From assembly GCF_964204865.1 (NCBI RefSeq), contig NC_135257.1, positions 21,948,001 to 22,012,000 of the forward strand: DNA of 64,000 nt, given 5' to 3'. Below the pieces are notes generated by a model, which saw only the letters and a list, made by a program, of their open reading frames with translations, was not told the DNA's origin and made no database searches. Below are positions 14,433 through 27,986 of the stretch, piece after piece. The stretch comes from Styela clava. Taxonomy: Eukaryota. Both the position numbers and the translations under genes were made by a program. The first letter of the stretch is position 1, and every line of letters starts with the position of its first letter.

Positions 14433-15884
14433 CAGCGGTTCCCAAAGGGTACGTCGGGAAAATTAACAGAATTGTATTGAACGTAGCTAATATATGATTG
14501 AATATTTTACATATTGTAATTATTTTTATTTTATTTTAAATGCCGTGTATATGAAACAATAAATTCATTTCAGCTTTATATGTCGTTTACTTTCTGTTGC
14601 GTAGCATCTGCCTCTATTGTTACGTAACACTACTTGCTGCAATTTCGCGAGTTGCAGCTTCTTTATCTGATGAACCGAGTTGAGCAAACATGTGTGATTT
14701 TTTAATATTTCAAAAGAAAATCAGGCAGAGATGAGAAAAAAGAGTCGACCCTTTGTCTTTATTTTTTGCTTCATATTCCACATGTTTACAAACTTTGAAC
14801 GGCACAAAGTACACATTAACGATCACAAAATTCAGTTTCAACTAAAGGAAGCAATTTTGTTTCGAGTAAGTGTAAGAGTAAATATTTTGGCGCCGCACAA
14901 ACAAAAAGTTTGGGAACCGCTGGCCTAGACCTGCGTTTCCCAAACTGTGTTCCGCGAGTGTCTTACGAGTGTTCCGTTGAAAATTAATCAAAAATACGTC
15001 TAAATGGGTCGCCATGGCGATCTAGGAATCGTGCACTTGTCGCCCAACTGACCGTTCAATATCGCGTCACAGTCGGCCTGAAGCGGGCTAACTAAGGTAG
15101 GGTAGTGGCATTTTCGTTAACCGTCGGCCCACTTTTGGTTTTGTTATAGGCAAACAAGTAGATCTAAGGCAGGTGCTCCCGAAGTATGCGAACCAAGATG
15201 GCGGACATCGGAACGTAACATGGGTAACAGGTTAGGGTTAGGCGATAATTTTTTTCCAATTTTCCTTATTTTAGTCCTATTATCAGTTCGAAGACTAGCC
15301 AAGAGCCTCCCGTAGTATTTATACCTAAAATTATGGCCTAACCCTAACCTAGTACACATAATACATTCCGATGTCCGCCATCTTGGTTCGCATACTTCGG
15401 CATACCTAAGGCAAATGGTAAAATCTTCTTCCGCCATCTATGCCTGGTTTTACTTTGAAATGCTGAAAAAATTACTCATGTTCGCTAAACTCGATTCAGC
15501 AGATAAATAAACTGCAGCTCGCGAAGTTGCAGCAAGTACTTCTATCTCCATTAGACGTAACATTAGAGGCAAACACTACGTAATGGAAAGTAAACGATAT
15601 AGAAAGGTAACATGAATTTGTTTATTCATATAAACAGCATTCAAATTAAAAAGCAATAAAACATTTATAGGAAATGAAATATGTAAAATATTCAATCATA
15701 TTTTAGGTATGTTTAACACAATTCTGTTAGTTTTTGCGACGCATTTGGCAACTCGCCACGATGAACCCACTGGGAACCGCTTCATTACACCGTTTTTCTT
15801 TATCAATTTTACCCTTTCATTTTTTAGTGTTCCGCGAGGCGAGATAAAAAGTGTTCCTTCGCCGAAAAAGTTTGGGAAACGCTG
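14433..15884. mobile_element. Two abutting hAT MITEs (14433-14922 and 14931-15884) sharing an nCCTAGnC target; the second contains nested MITEs
   Basis: TIRs CAGCGGTTCCCAAA / TTTGGGAACCGCTG and C(T)GCGTTTCCCAAAC / TTTGGGAAACGCTG. Flanks ACCTAGTC, GCCTAGAC, ACCTAGAC. Confidence 0.75.
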
Positions 15885-17556
15885 ACCTAGACCAATAGGC
15901 TAGCGGATGTAATATCATGAAAATACGCCATTACTTTATACATGGCTTAAGCATGCCATATATTATGAAAATACCACATTATTCCAAACAAGGCTATAGG
16001 AAAACGACAACTACACACTAACATTAAACACAAATTATTAAATCGCCATATTCCGGCGCCGGAATTATTTCCGTTCTAATGCCAAAGCAAATATTTACCT
16101 AGTCAGTAAAAGCCACTGGAATTTGTTGTTAAAATATCCCAAGTCAAAGATCACAGAAGCAAACATAAGTTAGCAAACTCAAGGCGCCGGGAAAATCATT
16201 AAAATCGTCGCATGCCTACTAATTTCTCTCGTTAGGTTAAGTTAGGAGAATGGCATAGTGCGGGACTCTACAAACTGGGCACCTCGAAGCCCGATGGGTC
16301 ACGGAAGGGCTCAATCAAATTTGAAAGATTTTGAACCAGTTCTGATACCCATCAATACCGAGCCAAGATTCGTTCTTTTGTACCAGAAGGTGACCGTACA
16401 TTTAACCCATGTGTATATTCGCGGGTTCAATCTATATGCGGGTGCTAAACCCCATGGGTTAGGATTAGTATGGGTTAAAATATCCGTAAAACAAAAAAAA
16501 TTCCATATGTGCAATTGTCATGGGTTCAAATGCCATGGGACCGTGCCAGAATATTCTAGCGCATCGGTATTATTAACGGTATTGCTAATTTTCAAGTTCA
16601 CAAAAAGCAAACATGGACAAGCAAACTCCAGGCGCCGGAAAAATGATTAAAATAATAATGAGTACGCCCGATTACTCAGGGTTTATCTAAATTACCTCGG
16701 AGTTCGTTAGATATTTTTCAAAATTTTAGCGCGACTCCGTTTACTACGGTAACTATCCGCAAAGCAAAGGGTAGGAGAAACACTCCGACAGGTTCCGCTG
16801 TCGATTAGGACGTTGCAGTTACAATACCTCGCGTAAATAAAATTTTGACAGCTCGCTAGCATCATCTAGTGTGCACTATATGAGGCATTGATTTTGCTAA
16901 CCTCGACAAAAGCTTGGAGTCTGAAAAAAGTTTCATATCACTCCGGATTATAAACAATGACTCCAAATCCGGAGTACTGAAAATTCGACTCGGGCTTCAA
17001 CTCTCGAATAGCAAAATCTTGACTACAAAGATCTTGACGAATGCAGACCTCAAAGCCCAAAAAGGAAAAAATTCGATATCAATGTCTCTGGTGAAGTTTT
17101 GAAATTCGCCAGAGAGCGAAGGCACCACCAGATGCTTTTACGTTCGAATCATTGTCACCGACGCCTCCAACAACAATTAATTCTGAAGTCATCCAAAATC
17201 TTTACTCCCGGCATTTTTGCGAGTGTGAGTATCAAGGGGCGCACCCAGAAGGGATTGTGGGCCAAATCCCCCCCCCCCCCCCACCTTTCAAACGCAAAAA
17301 AAAAAAAGTATTATACATACGATTATTCGTACTTTGAAATGATTTTTTGATTCTCAAGACAATGGCAATTACAAATTTCAGTCCCTTCCCTTAAAAATTT
17401 CCTAGCTACACGCATGGGTCAGACTAGAAGAACAGAGTTGAAATGTGGAATTTAAATAACACTCAGTCACTCCGAGAAATTCGGTATCCTTGTCTTCTGG
17501 ATACCAATAGCTGTTGAGGCCCGCGGGGCGCTTTTTGCTCACCCACGTCCTAGACC

Positions 17557-17882
17557 AGTGGTTCTCAACCTTTTTTCTTTCGTGGCCCACTTTTGTTGCC
17601 CAAAAATTCTCGTGCCCCATTAACTTTTTATTGCAAGGGGAAAACTACAAAAAAATCAAGATCTTTCTGCAAAAATGGACCCTTCAGGCTTCAACGTTTA
17701 TAATTAGAATGGAAATTACGTAGCACTCAGTAGCAGAAACAGCATTGTCATTGATTGCTGCTACAATCAAAATTGACTATTTTGACATAAATAAAACAAG
17801 CAATTTTCAATACTTCTGTGGCCCACCTCAAAATCTTTTGTGGCCCAGCAGTGGGCCATGGCCCACTGGTTGAGAACCAGTG
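17557..17882. mobile_element. hAT MITE
   Basis: TIRs CAGTGGTTCTCAACC / GGTTGAGAACCAGTG in a CTAG-type target context. Confidence 0.7.
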
Positions 17883-18199
17883 TCCGAGACAAATCATTAG
17901 AAAATTATTAAAAAACACCCGGCTTGACATACTCAGACCACTAAAGGTTTCCCGCGCCTCCCGTTACCCAGGATTGCAATTTTTACATCTTCTTGCATTA
18001 TTTATTCATAAAGTGTATTTCGTGTTTGGTGCAATATTAAGCTACTGACTATAGTAAATCCCAATTTATTATCGCGAATACTTAGGATTAGGATTTAGGA
18101 TTTTTTTTATTTTTAATTACCTTTACTTCTCGGTGTTTATCTTTTATAAGCATTCACAAAGTTACAAACTAACTGTGTTCATTTTTCAATTACTATTAA

Positions 18200-18905
18200 A
18201 TCCAGCTAACTTTGCTGTATATTTTAATAGCATATGTGACTCATATTTTACAATTAATTTCGACTTCTTTAAAAATAGAATATTGCAAAATACTGAAATT
18301 AATTCTGCGATGTCATTGTTTATCACATAATGGCCACGCGTCGTCGCTAGTCTGATTAGGTTCTGAAACTGCGTCACGACATAAGTGCATGAAATTTTCT
18401 ATATATATCCAAATGAGGTAAATTTTTAGGCATAAAAGCGAAGCGGAAAAACATATCAGTATAGTTTGATATCGATTACATAAAAACAAGTAGCTAATGG
18501 AACAGTTAGCTAAGTTTTCGAAGTTTGAAAGAAAGTGCTTTGAACTTGGTAATTTTTAGACGTGATTCAAGGACATTTTTAAAAGTAGAATAGTTGCTGT
18601 TAAAGTTATACGACTACTTTCGAAGCTTAAAAGACTAAACTATAGGTATATATATATATTATATGTATATGTGTGTGCTATATCAAGAATGTGAGATGCG
18701 AAGAATAGCCAAACTTGGTTAAATTCAGACCAAAACTTTAAAAACATCGTCACGTAAGAATTAGTAAGATTGCTATTTCTAGTCTTATGTTGCGTTTGCC
18801 TCAGGCGATGAAATCAAACGAAACGATCGGCGTCGTGGTGTACGGTACAGATAGACGGCTGTTTTAATTTATTATTGTTCACATGGCCTGGTCTATAAAT
18901 GGTCA
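18200..18905 (+). promoter_or_regulatory. Conserved upstream block of lectin gene 1 (paralogous to ~34100-34762 upstream of gene 4)
   Basis: Non-coding homology between the two loci, highest over 18770-18900. Includes GCCTCAGGC (18798-18806; 34658-34666) and TATAAAT (18894-18900; 34754-34760). Function inferred. Confidence 0.45.
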
Positions 18906-19764
18906 GGGTCGGCTATAACTACACCGACACACTCTGTGCTATCCGGATTGTCTTTTACTTAAACACAAAATTACGATGTTATTTGTTTACAACCTTCACG
19001 AGTCCAGGTATACAGTTTATTAGGAACGTTACGAACCTATATTGATAAAATTTATATAAAGTAAATTTATTAATTTAACCTAGAATCAGCGCCGACCTTA
19101 TGGGCCCGTTGCGGACCCACAGTTTGCAGTGGCTTATAGCGTGACCTTTAAATGTTATTTGAACATACGCAAAGTTCATCAATTTCCGATTTTAATCTCC
19201 AAAACTGCGATCCCACGGGTACTGACATAGGAAAATTCAAAATACCTAGCCAAAAACAATCCAACCAACATTCAACACAATACTTTGAACCACGTTAACA
19301 ACAGATGAACGTAACATCAAATCGAGTTAAGACAATTAGAAATGAATTCCCAACATTAAATATTTTCAGAACGAGATCTAGGCGATTACTAGAAAAAGTA
19401 TTGGACATACATAAAAATTTTAGTCGTCAAACTCTCAGATTTTATCCGTAATTGTTCGCTCCACTATTTTATCATCTCAGTGGCCCTTTGCACTTCAACG
19501 GTCGCCCACAATTTTGATTAGAGATTAGTTACCTTTGTTTTCAAATGAAATATCATAAGATTAATTTGAGCAAAATTTCCTAAAAGTGATTTTCAAGTTT
19601 TAGAACAACTAAAGAGTTAGCCAGTATCGTCATTTAGAACAACAGCAAGCTCGTAGTTTCAACGAGATTTCTGCATTTCCTGACATGTTCAGGGTTATAC
19701 GTTGAAATAAACAAAAAAATTATTCAACCATTCAGTTATAACGTAAATATCCTGAAACCTTGAG

Positions 19765-22700
19765 ATGAAAATCTCAATCGTTTTTATCTTAATTTACGTC
19801 ATCGACGCATCCTGGTGTCAAGATGAAACAGTGTTTCACTGCTCTCCCAAGCCTGGTTGCCAGATCGCACAATGTGATCCGGTTGCTGTAGGTTGGGACA
19901 GACCAGGCTTCAACATTAATGAACATATGCACGACAAAGAATTTCCGATTACATGCAAATCGAAGAAAACGACAAAGTCCGGAAATAATGGAGACTTGCT
20001 TCCTATCATATCTAGAAATATCTTAGGCAAGTATTTCTTACTCGTAACAAAGTCTTGTTGGTCGTTCTTGCAAATATTCTAGACTGCTCAATTAACAAAA
20101 GCGAGGTTGAATCTGCTCCAAATTTTGTATGTGCATTCATCATAGCTCGGATCAGAAGCCTATTGATTATGGATGAGTTATGTCGTATATTTAGCGAGTT
20201 ATTAATTAATTAGTGATGAAAAGATTTGGATTTTTGCAAATCGAGAAAACGATTTTTGCAAAGCGAGAGATACTATGAAGTAAGAGCGGGTGAATCGAAA
20301 CGTCAGTTTCTGTTTTGGGGATCCCCTGACTTTCGATCGATAAGTCTTCGGTCTCCGACCGATATTCTCGTTTTTAAATTATTTCAATTGGAAATAGTCT
20401 TTTCCAATCCCGATATCGGGATTCATGTTTGTAAAATCACGGAATTTCAATGTTTTATCTATAAACGTCAAGACGGTGCCAATATGGGAGGGAATGACGT
20501 CCTGTGACTGTTACAAGGAGACTGGATTGTTTTGTGCATCAGGACCAAGCCGATGATGGTAAAACCACTCCTCTATTTTCATGGTCATGTGACAGCAGTG
20601 AAGAACCGCAGAGCTGACTTAGCGCAGCGCGATCTAGTTTTTTCATCTGGGTCCGGAGTCCCAACTTAGACGGACTTCGTTGTTCATTGCCGATAGCACC
20701 AGGCCTGCCCAAGCGACCAGTAATAAAACGAGAATATCGGTCGGAGACATAAGACTTATCGATCGAAACTGCGGTTTCGATTCATGACTCTATAGTGACA
20801 CCGCGTGTCCCATCACTAATTAAAAAATAACTCGCTAATTATACGACATAATTCATCCAAAATCAATAGGCTTCTGGTCCGAGATATGATGAATTATATG
20901 ACAAAATTTGGAGCAGATTCAACCTCGCCTTCTTGAGATATCGCGTTCATCTAACAGACATACAAAGAGACATACAGACAAATACCTATCAACATACTTA
21001 CCGATCTTAAGATCGATGAGTAATTAGTCAAATATAACAATTCATTAAAAACAAAGAGTGTAAAAAAGGTGACCGAGGTAAACTGTGAGGAAACGTATTT
21101 TTTCAACCTACAACAACGTCAAATCACAGTGTCTGGTGTGTTTTCAAGTAATATTTGCCACGAAAGAGGCCCGCGAGACATCCTCAAAAGTTTTTGCGGA
21201 CCGCCAAGCTCGCAATCTTGACCACCCTGTTACAAACTATCATGGAACGTAAACTCCAATCACCAAAAGTCTGGTTTGATCTGGTATTTATTCGAGCAAC
21301 TGAGAATTTGTCTATATTTTAAATTTATTGTACTTTTTTCACTTAGATATAAATAACATCAAATCAGAATTCAAAGAGTTGGAGAAAAACGTTGATGCAA
21401 AAATGAAAAGCATTCATAGCTTTGATAAAGAAATCTCAAGTTAGTATTAATGATACGATTATTCGTTATCCGAACTTCCTTCTAATGGAGTATTCTCTTA
21501 ACTTGACCAAAGGTGGCATGAAACAGTTTTATAGTTGGAATAAGTTGAATTTTAACGATAAATTTGAAAACTGTTTTGATGCTTAGTTATTATTGCCAAG
21601 ATTGTCAATTTCTAATCATATATACCACGTAGAAATTAGGGAGATACAGAATGAAAATGCATGGCACACTTCCGAAATAGCTGCTTTAAAGCAGAGCCGT
21701 AAAGAACAATCAACTGAAATCAATGAATTGAAGAAAGGTTTGTTTGATATTTTTTAATATGACATTTGATCCAGTAAAATAAGAATTATTTTTCTGTGTG
21801 AAGTCTAAGAAATGGGCACTGGTGTAAACGTGCTTCTATAATATTGACTTGCAAACTTGAAAAATACGCATTGGAGATCGACACTAGCAACAGTACCAAG
21901 CAACACAAAATTTCAAATCTTTATAGGAAATGAAAACAACTTGGATTAGATATCAATCAATAATTTAATTATTGATCTACATGTGAGTTTTTATTAGATC
22001 TGCTCCGACTTGAAACAATGAACAACAAGCTTCTGGAAGAATTGGACAAACAAATGCAAACAAACAATGAGACGAAGAAAGGTAAAATTACGCAAATATA
22101 GCTCAGCAAATGTATCTTAGACAAAATGAAATCATGCCAAGAATTTCACATTATTAAATCATATTTTACAACGGGAATAGAAATTTCCTATTCTCAAGGG
22201 TAATGTTAAAAGTTAAATTTACAGAAACTCAAGTTTACTAAGCTCTATGGCTTGCATACCTTCATGTCTTTATCAACAAAATTAGCATTTTTGTGGGTTC
22301 GAAGCTGCAGTCCGAGTCAAAATTAACAAATTTCGATTGTAAATTTTCCCAACTTTTCAGCCCTGTCCCGAAAAATACAGTAATAATAACTTCATAACTG
22401 TCGTATGAGTATGTCTATAGTTAGCAAGAGTAATTTACTTCTTCCAAAACCTAGCGATTTGTGCTCTAAGAAGAGACACATATTGTGATGTTTGGTGAAA
22501 TTGCATTGTGTAAATTAGATATGTGATAGAGGCAAAAAGTGCATTTTCAACGGTGGCGGGAGAGTTTTTACACTTTTCAAATTTGTAAAACTGCAAACAA
22601 AAATCATTAAATTTTAGAAAACTGCGATCTGAAGATTAGAAATATCTGTTATTATGTTGTGATACGAGCTAAAGAAGATACCAACTACGACAAAGCAGTT

Positions 22701-23677
22701 GATATTTGTAAGAAACGTAACGCAGATGCTGGTTTGATTCGAGATGAAGAATCCTTCAATGCGGTTATAAAATACTTGGGAAAGGGAGACCAGAGGATAT
22801 TGATATGGACAGGAATCCGCATTGATCCAATGGTTGGTATCTCATATGGCTGTTCTATTTATACTCGCGAAAAATAAGAATCTGTTATTAGACGGATGAA
22901 GGGAGGGAAGGCCGCAGATACAATACGGCAACAGAGATTTGGAAATATTATACGAGCGATTTCAAAACGCAACGATGACATTGCTACCAATCCGGACTTT
23001 TTACACATCAGTATAGTTGGACTTGCTGGTTGAAGGAAACCATCAGTCCTGATGATTGTGAAGGAATTATGTGAGCCAAGTGAATTAGGAATCTGTCAAA
23101 AGTCTTGTTTTTTGGTTCATTACTGTAGATTGCGCCTATTACCACGGATGCTTTGAGCACAGGGGGCAGACTTGGTTAAGAGTTCATGCTTTTCACATGT
23201 TACACGTATGTATGACTGATAACAAATATCCTAATCATCGTTTTAATTAATAATAGTTGTGCAGCATGAACATAGAGTTGTAATTGACAAACATTTAAAG
23301 ACTAAATGCATTTGAAACTTCAACACGTCTACAAACGAATATTCAAATCAGACTTTACTTTTTATATTAATTATGAAACCATACGAACATGGAGATAAAC
23401 AGCACTTGAGAGACTAGTGAGAGTTGCATTTGATCAAACATAATCTAATGAAAGTCTTCATCTAATCGTTTTTATTATTTGTTCTCAGACCCGTGACGTC
23501 ACTCCTGCAGATTCCTTCATTAAATGGCTTCCAAGTCTTCCAAATACTGGAATTATTTATAAAGATTACACAAATGTTATTCTCTATGTTGATCTCAAAC
23601 GGAGATTGAAAGGAATGGGTAATGCTCTTCCCACTGGGGAAATGAGTGGAGTTATTTGTGAGATCCAGATCTTATAA
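19765..23677 (+). CDS. Secreted coiled-coil + C-type lectin-like domain protein, copy 1 (~315 aa)
   Basis: Exons 19765-20026 (signal peptide MKISIVFILIYVIDASWC plus 4-Cys module; GC donor), 21347-21439, 21633-21737, 21998-22081, 22618-22832, 23489-23677 splice in frame (948 nt). CTLD hallmarks CxxxxxxxCY, YDKAVDIC, WTGI, terminal GVICE. AATAAA at 23775-23780. Confidence 0.8.
20095..21024. mobile_element. Foldback composite in intron 1: Helentron-associated (DINE-1/HINE-like) element plus inverted partial copy enclosing another IR element
   Basis: ~20100-20220 is the reverse complement of ~20810-20930, and ~20283-20375 of ~20725-20790. The 3' end has a CAGACA/CATACA microsatellite and a terminal stem-loop TTACCGATC-TTAA-GATCGATGAGTAA. 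Confidence 0.6.
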
Positions 23678-24627
23678 ACGTCTTTGTGGTTTTATTCTAA
23701 TCCTTTGGATCTATCATATATAAATCATTGATTCCCAATTTGAAATTGATGTCGAAAACTTTATTGATAGTTTGAATAAAAAAAGTGAGCATTTTATAAC
23801 AGTATAGTTGATCTGTTTACATAGTTGTATCCGTGAAATTGTTCTGTTTAGCCAGTTTGATTACTTTGCATAATGAAAATTTGGTTTTGAAATTCAGAGA
23901 TTCCAATGTTTAATTTACCAAATTTTAGATATTTGGAAATGAAATATATTACGAACTTGCTTTAGCTCACATGTGATATCTTTTTTGTCATTTTTATGTC
24001 TATTTCTCAGAAGAATCCAGATGAGCAAGAATTAGTTTAAATTCATTGAATTGAGATAGCCCATTTAGTTACAAAACAGCTGATAACGTTTCTTTGTACT
24101 TTTGATTTATGAAAAAAAAAAGTATGTTCCTGGGGTGATCAATATACTATTTGCGATCAAGTTTCTAATACAATGGGAAATGCTCCTCCTACACGGGAGT
24201 TTCAAATGAGATCTAATGAACGTCTGCTTGGTTGAGTTTTGTTATTCAGGATCATTTTATCTGTTAGATTATTTTGACTTTGTCGTTCTAACATTCTTGA
24301 ATTATGAAGGTAAATATGAAAAATTTAGAGGCTTTAATTCTTAATTTGCGTAATTTTAGAAATCCAAGAATGGAAAAAAGAACACAGTTGGCAGGGGCTC
24401 AAGATCTTTATAAATGAACGCAAAGTTCAATTTCGCTTAGAGATCAGTTACTTTTGATTTCGAAGGAAGTCTCGTGAGTGTTTTTTAGGTTTTAGCACCA
24501 ATTTTAGGGTTAGCGAGCAGCGTAATTTAGAACAGTTGTAGGATAAATAGAATATTTTTTGAAGATTTTAAAGATTATTTCAGACGAAGCTGGTGTAGAC
24601 AACTGAAACTGTAATATTTTCTGCCAG

Positions 24628-26073
24628 AAATCCGAGAGAATCGTAACAGAATTGTAGAACTATCAAACGAAACAAATGATTTTCGTAATAACACCCTTCA
24701 GCAATCTCGTCAAATTGAAACTCTATTGAAAGAAAAAACAGAACAAAACTCTGTGATCAATGGATTAAAGAAATGTTAGTGACGGTATGTTGTTGTGATT
24801 GATATTTGACATCAAATCCGGTGATTTATGCCGTGTCGAAAAGATTCTGTCTTTTCAAAAAGCAGCTTCAGTGTGGCTTGATGGACACAATTTGGACCTG
24901 TGAATCGTTTTGTTGCTATGTTGATTTTTTCTTGTTATTGTCGTGAAAAAAACAAAATGATTTTTATTTACCTACTGGACCGATTGATTCAAAATGTTCA
25001 GTGGTTAAAGATTGTTGCTATCGGCAAAAGGCTATAACTTTTTGTTATTTTAAATATGTCAGTGTGCTGTAACCCGTTTCCCAAATTGCAGGAACAAATT
25101 CCTTCGGAACAAAACTGTTGCGCAAAGCGTCCCAAATTACTGGAAATTTTTGGTGCAATCAGACACTTTTTTACTCAGAAAAGAAATATAAGCTGAGATA
25201 AAACAGGCAGATTATTGCATAAAATTTATACATTTCGTATCCATTAAATAATGTTGCATCTCTAACAAACCTGTAGGATCGATGACGTGTTCCAGCATCA
25301 TAATGAACTTTCAAACATAGCAGCATGATGCTTTTTTAGATTTGATTGAAGTTCAAGAAAGAAATGATAAGTTGATGGAGGAATTGAATAAACAACAGAA
25401 AACAAATAATGAGATGAAGAATGGTAATAACTGTTATATTAGTTTATAATTTAGGAGCATTGCGTGGCGCAAAATGGCCGTTGGAGTTAAATGTGAAATA
25501 TGATATGAAAATATGATCTATGTCCTATATTACTCTGAATATTGCTATATTCAGCGATATCTCGAATTGAACAAATACTTGTTATAATGGAAAAGCCTCA
25601 GCCTCTTCAAAACAAACCCGAACTGATCACCAGACCAACAACAAAGCCTCAAACGGCATTAATACCAACTCCTTCTCCAGGTGAATGTTTGAGTCTTTCG
25701 ACGAAAATTGAAAATAAAAATAAAGATAGCGTTATAGAATCAGTAGACCCGAGTCATGTTAGATACTTTTCCGACAATGCAATACCGAGCCATGTGAACA
25801 TAAAGATTTTTTTACAGCACATGAGAGGCGAGTGAGGGTTAACCCAACGATAATCTTCATCAAATCCTTTTATTTTTTTGTTCTCAGACCCGTGATGTCA
25901 ATCCTGCAGATTCAATCATAAAATGGAGTCCAAGTTCTCTATTCACCGGAATTAATTATAAAGATAACACAAATGTTTATCTTTATATTTATTCAAACCC
26001 GATATATGAAGGAATGGTGAACGCTGATCTTCACACAAGGCTTGCTGGGGTTATTTGTGAGATCAATATTTAA
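24628..26073 (+). pseudogene. Lectin copy 2, broken (no leader exon, first CTLD exon missing)
   Basis: Exons 24628-24774, 25340-25423, 25555-25680 (Pro/Thr) and 25888-26073 (last CTLD exon TRDVNPADS...GVICEINI*). The phase-1 donor at 25680 cannot join the phase-0 last exon in frame. A further last-exon remnant (MGNAPPTREF) lies at ~24170-24220. Confidence 0.7.
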
Positions 26074-26730
26074 TGAAAAGTCTGCCCGGTTGCATATTGT
26101 TCCTCGTGATCTATAACCAATGAAATACAGACCATTGAATCCTACTTTAGTGTCCATACGATTGACGTTTTAAATCAAATTGTTGTTAAAAATCCGCCAA
26201 AAGTTAAATTAAAAATAGCAACAATTTAAACAGTCATTCAACTGTTAGTTTAGTTTGTCTTTGTCGATCAACTTTTTTGAATTATGGAGGTAGAGATGAA
26301 AAATTTAGATGCTTCAATTCTTAATTTGCGTAATTTCAGAAATTCGGAAAATTTTTATTTTACGAATTTGCCTCATAAACTCGAAATAAATTTAGCATTC
26401 ATGTGATATTTTTTTTGTTGTTTCACCTGTTTATAAATAGAATAGGGTTGAACAAGAAATAGTTCAGTCATTGGTTTGAGGTAAGTTATCACACGATAAT
26501 AGAGATTGTCTTATCACATTGATTAGATAAATGGAAATTCGCTCAATTTTTATTTAACATTCATAGGTAAGTTTTCAATATCTCTTACCATCGGTGAGCA
26601 AGAAATCATCCAATATTATTCGGGCGTTCATTCTAGATTGAGTTAAGCTAGAATCATTTGTATGACCAAGAGACCTTTGTAACATGGGTGGGGGGATGGG
26701 CTGTGAGGAATAGAGCTGTGGGTCGAGGAG

Positions 26731-27791
26731 AATTTAGAACAGTTGTAGGATAAATAGAATATTTTTTGAAGATTTTAAAGATTATTTCAGACGAAGCTGG
26801 TGTAGAAAACTAAAACTGTAATATTTTCTGCCAGAAATCCGAGAGAATCGTAACAGAATTGTAGAACTATCAAACGAAACAAATGATTTTCGTAATAACA
26901 CCCTTCAGCAATCTCGTCAAATTGAAACTCTATTGAAAGAAAACACAGAACGAAACTCTGTGATCAATGGATTGAAGAAAGGTTAGTGACGGTATGTTGT
27001 TGTGATTGATATTTGACATCAAATCCGGTGATTTATGCCGTGTCGAAAAGATTCTGTCTTTTCAAAAAGCAGCTTCATTGTGGCTTGATGGACACAATTT
27101 GGACCTGTGAATCGTTTTGTTGCTATGTTGATTTTTTCTTGTTATTGTCGTGAAAAAAACAAAATGATTTTTATTTACCTACTGGACCGATTGATTCAAA
27201 ATGTTCAGTGGTTAAAGATTGTTGCTATCGGCAAAAGGCTATAACTTTTTGTTATTTTAAATATGTCAGTGTGCTGTATAGAACCCGTTTCCCAAATTGC
27301 AGGAACAAATTCCTTCGGAACACAACTGTTGCGCAAAGCGTCCCAAATTACTGGAAATTTTTGGTGCAATCAGACACTTTTTTACTCAGAAAAGAAATAT
27401 AAGCTGAGATAAAACAGGCAGATTATTGCATAAAATTTATACATTTCGTATCCATTAAATAATGTTGCATCTCTAACAAACCTGTAGGATCGATGACGTG
27501 TTCCAGCATCATAATGAACTTTCAAACATAGCAGCATGATGCTTTTTTAGATTTGATTGAAGTTCAAGAAAGAAATGATAAGTTGATGGAGGAATTGAAT
27601 GAACAACAGAAAACAAATAATGAGATGAAGAATGGTAATAACTGTTATATTAGTTTATAATTTAGGAGCATTGCGTGGCGCAAAATGGCCGTTGGAGGTA
27701 AATATGAAATATGATATGAAAATATGATCTATGTCCTATATTAATCTGAATATTGCTATATTCAGCGATATCTCGAATTGAACAAATACTT
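26731..27791 (+). repeat. Near-identical 1.06-kb direct duplication of 24524-25580 (coiled-coil exons 26835-26981, 27551-27634; Pro/Thr exon truncated)
   Basis: Direct comparison shows only a few substitutions and one small indel. Confidence 0.9.
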
Positions 27792-27986
27792 TTTATCTCT
27801 AAAATTAAAAGAACCCCGATATTAGTTGATAAATGGCGCGACAACTCTTTCAATTGTCATGGTGCATTTCATCTATTCGTCTGGATCACCAGACATTGTA
27901 TAATCGTGTTACTTTGTAGACGTTTGTTTATGATCAATGTTTAATATGTATTGTTGCTTTGTGCCAATGTTAGCAACGAAACAAGG

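Noticed and set aside
15230-15350. TTAGGG/CCCTAA as telomere or interstitial telomere
   Set aside because: Only about two units, always inside MITE arms.
195-18377. Numerous 60-130 aa ORFs in the ORF track (likewise 53-63 kb and those antisense to pol or within the LTRs)
   Set aside because: They lie in MITEs or AT-rich DNA, often start at non-ATG codons and show no recognisable domains, apart from the transposase and RPS29 remnants listed.
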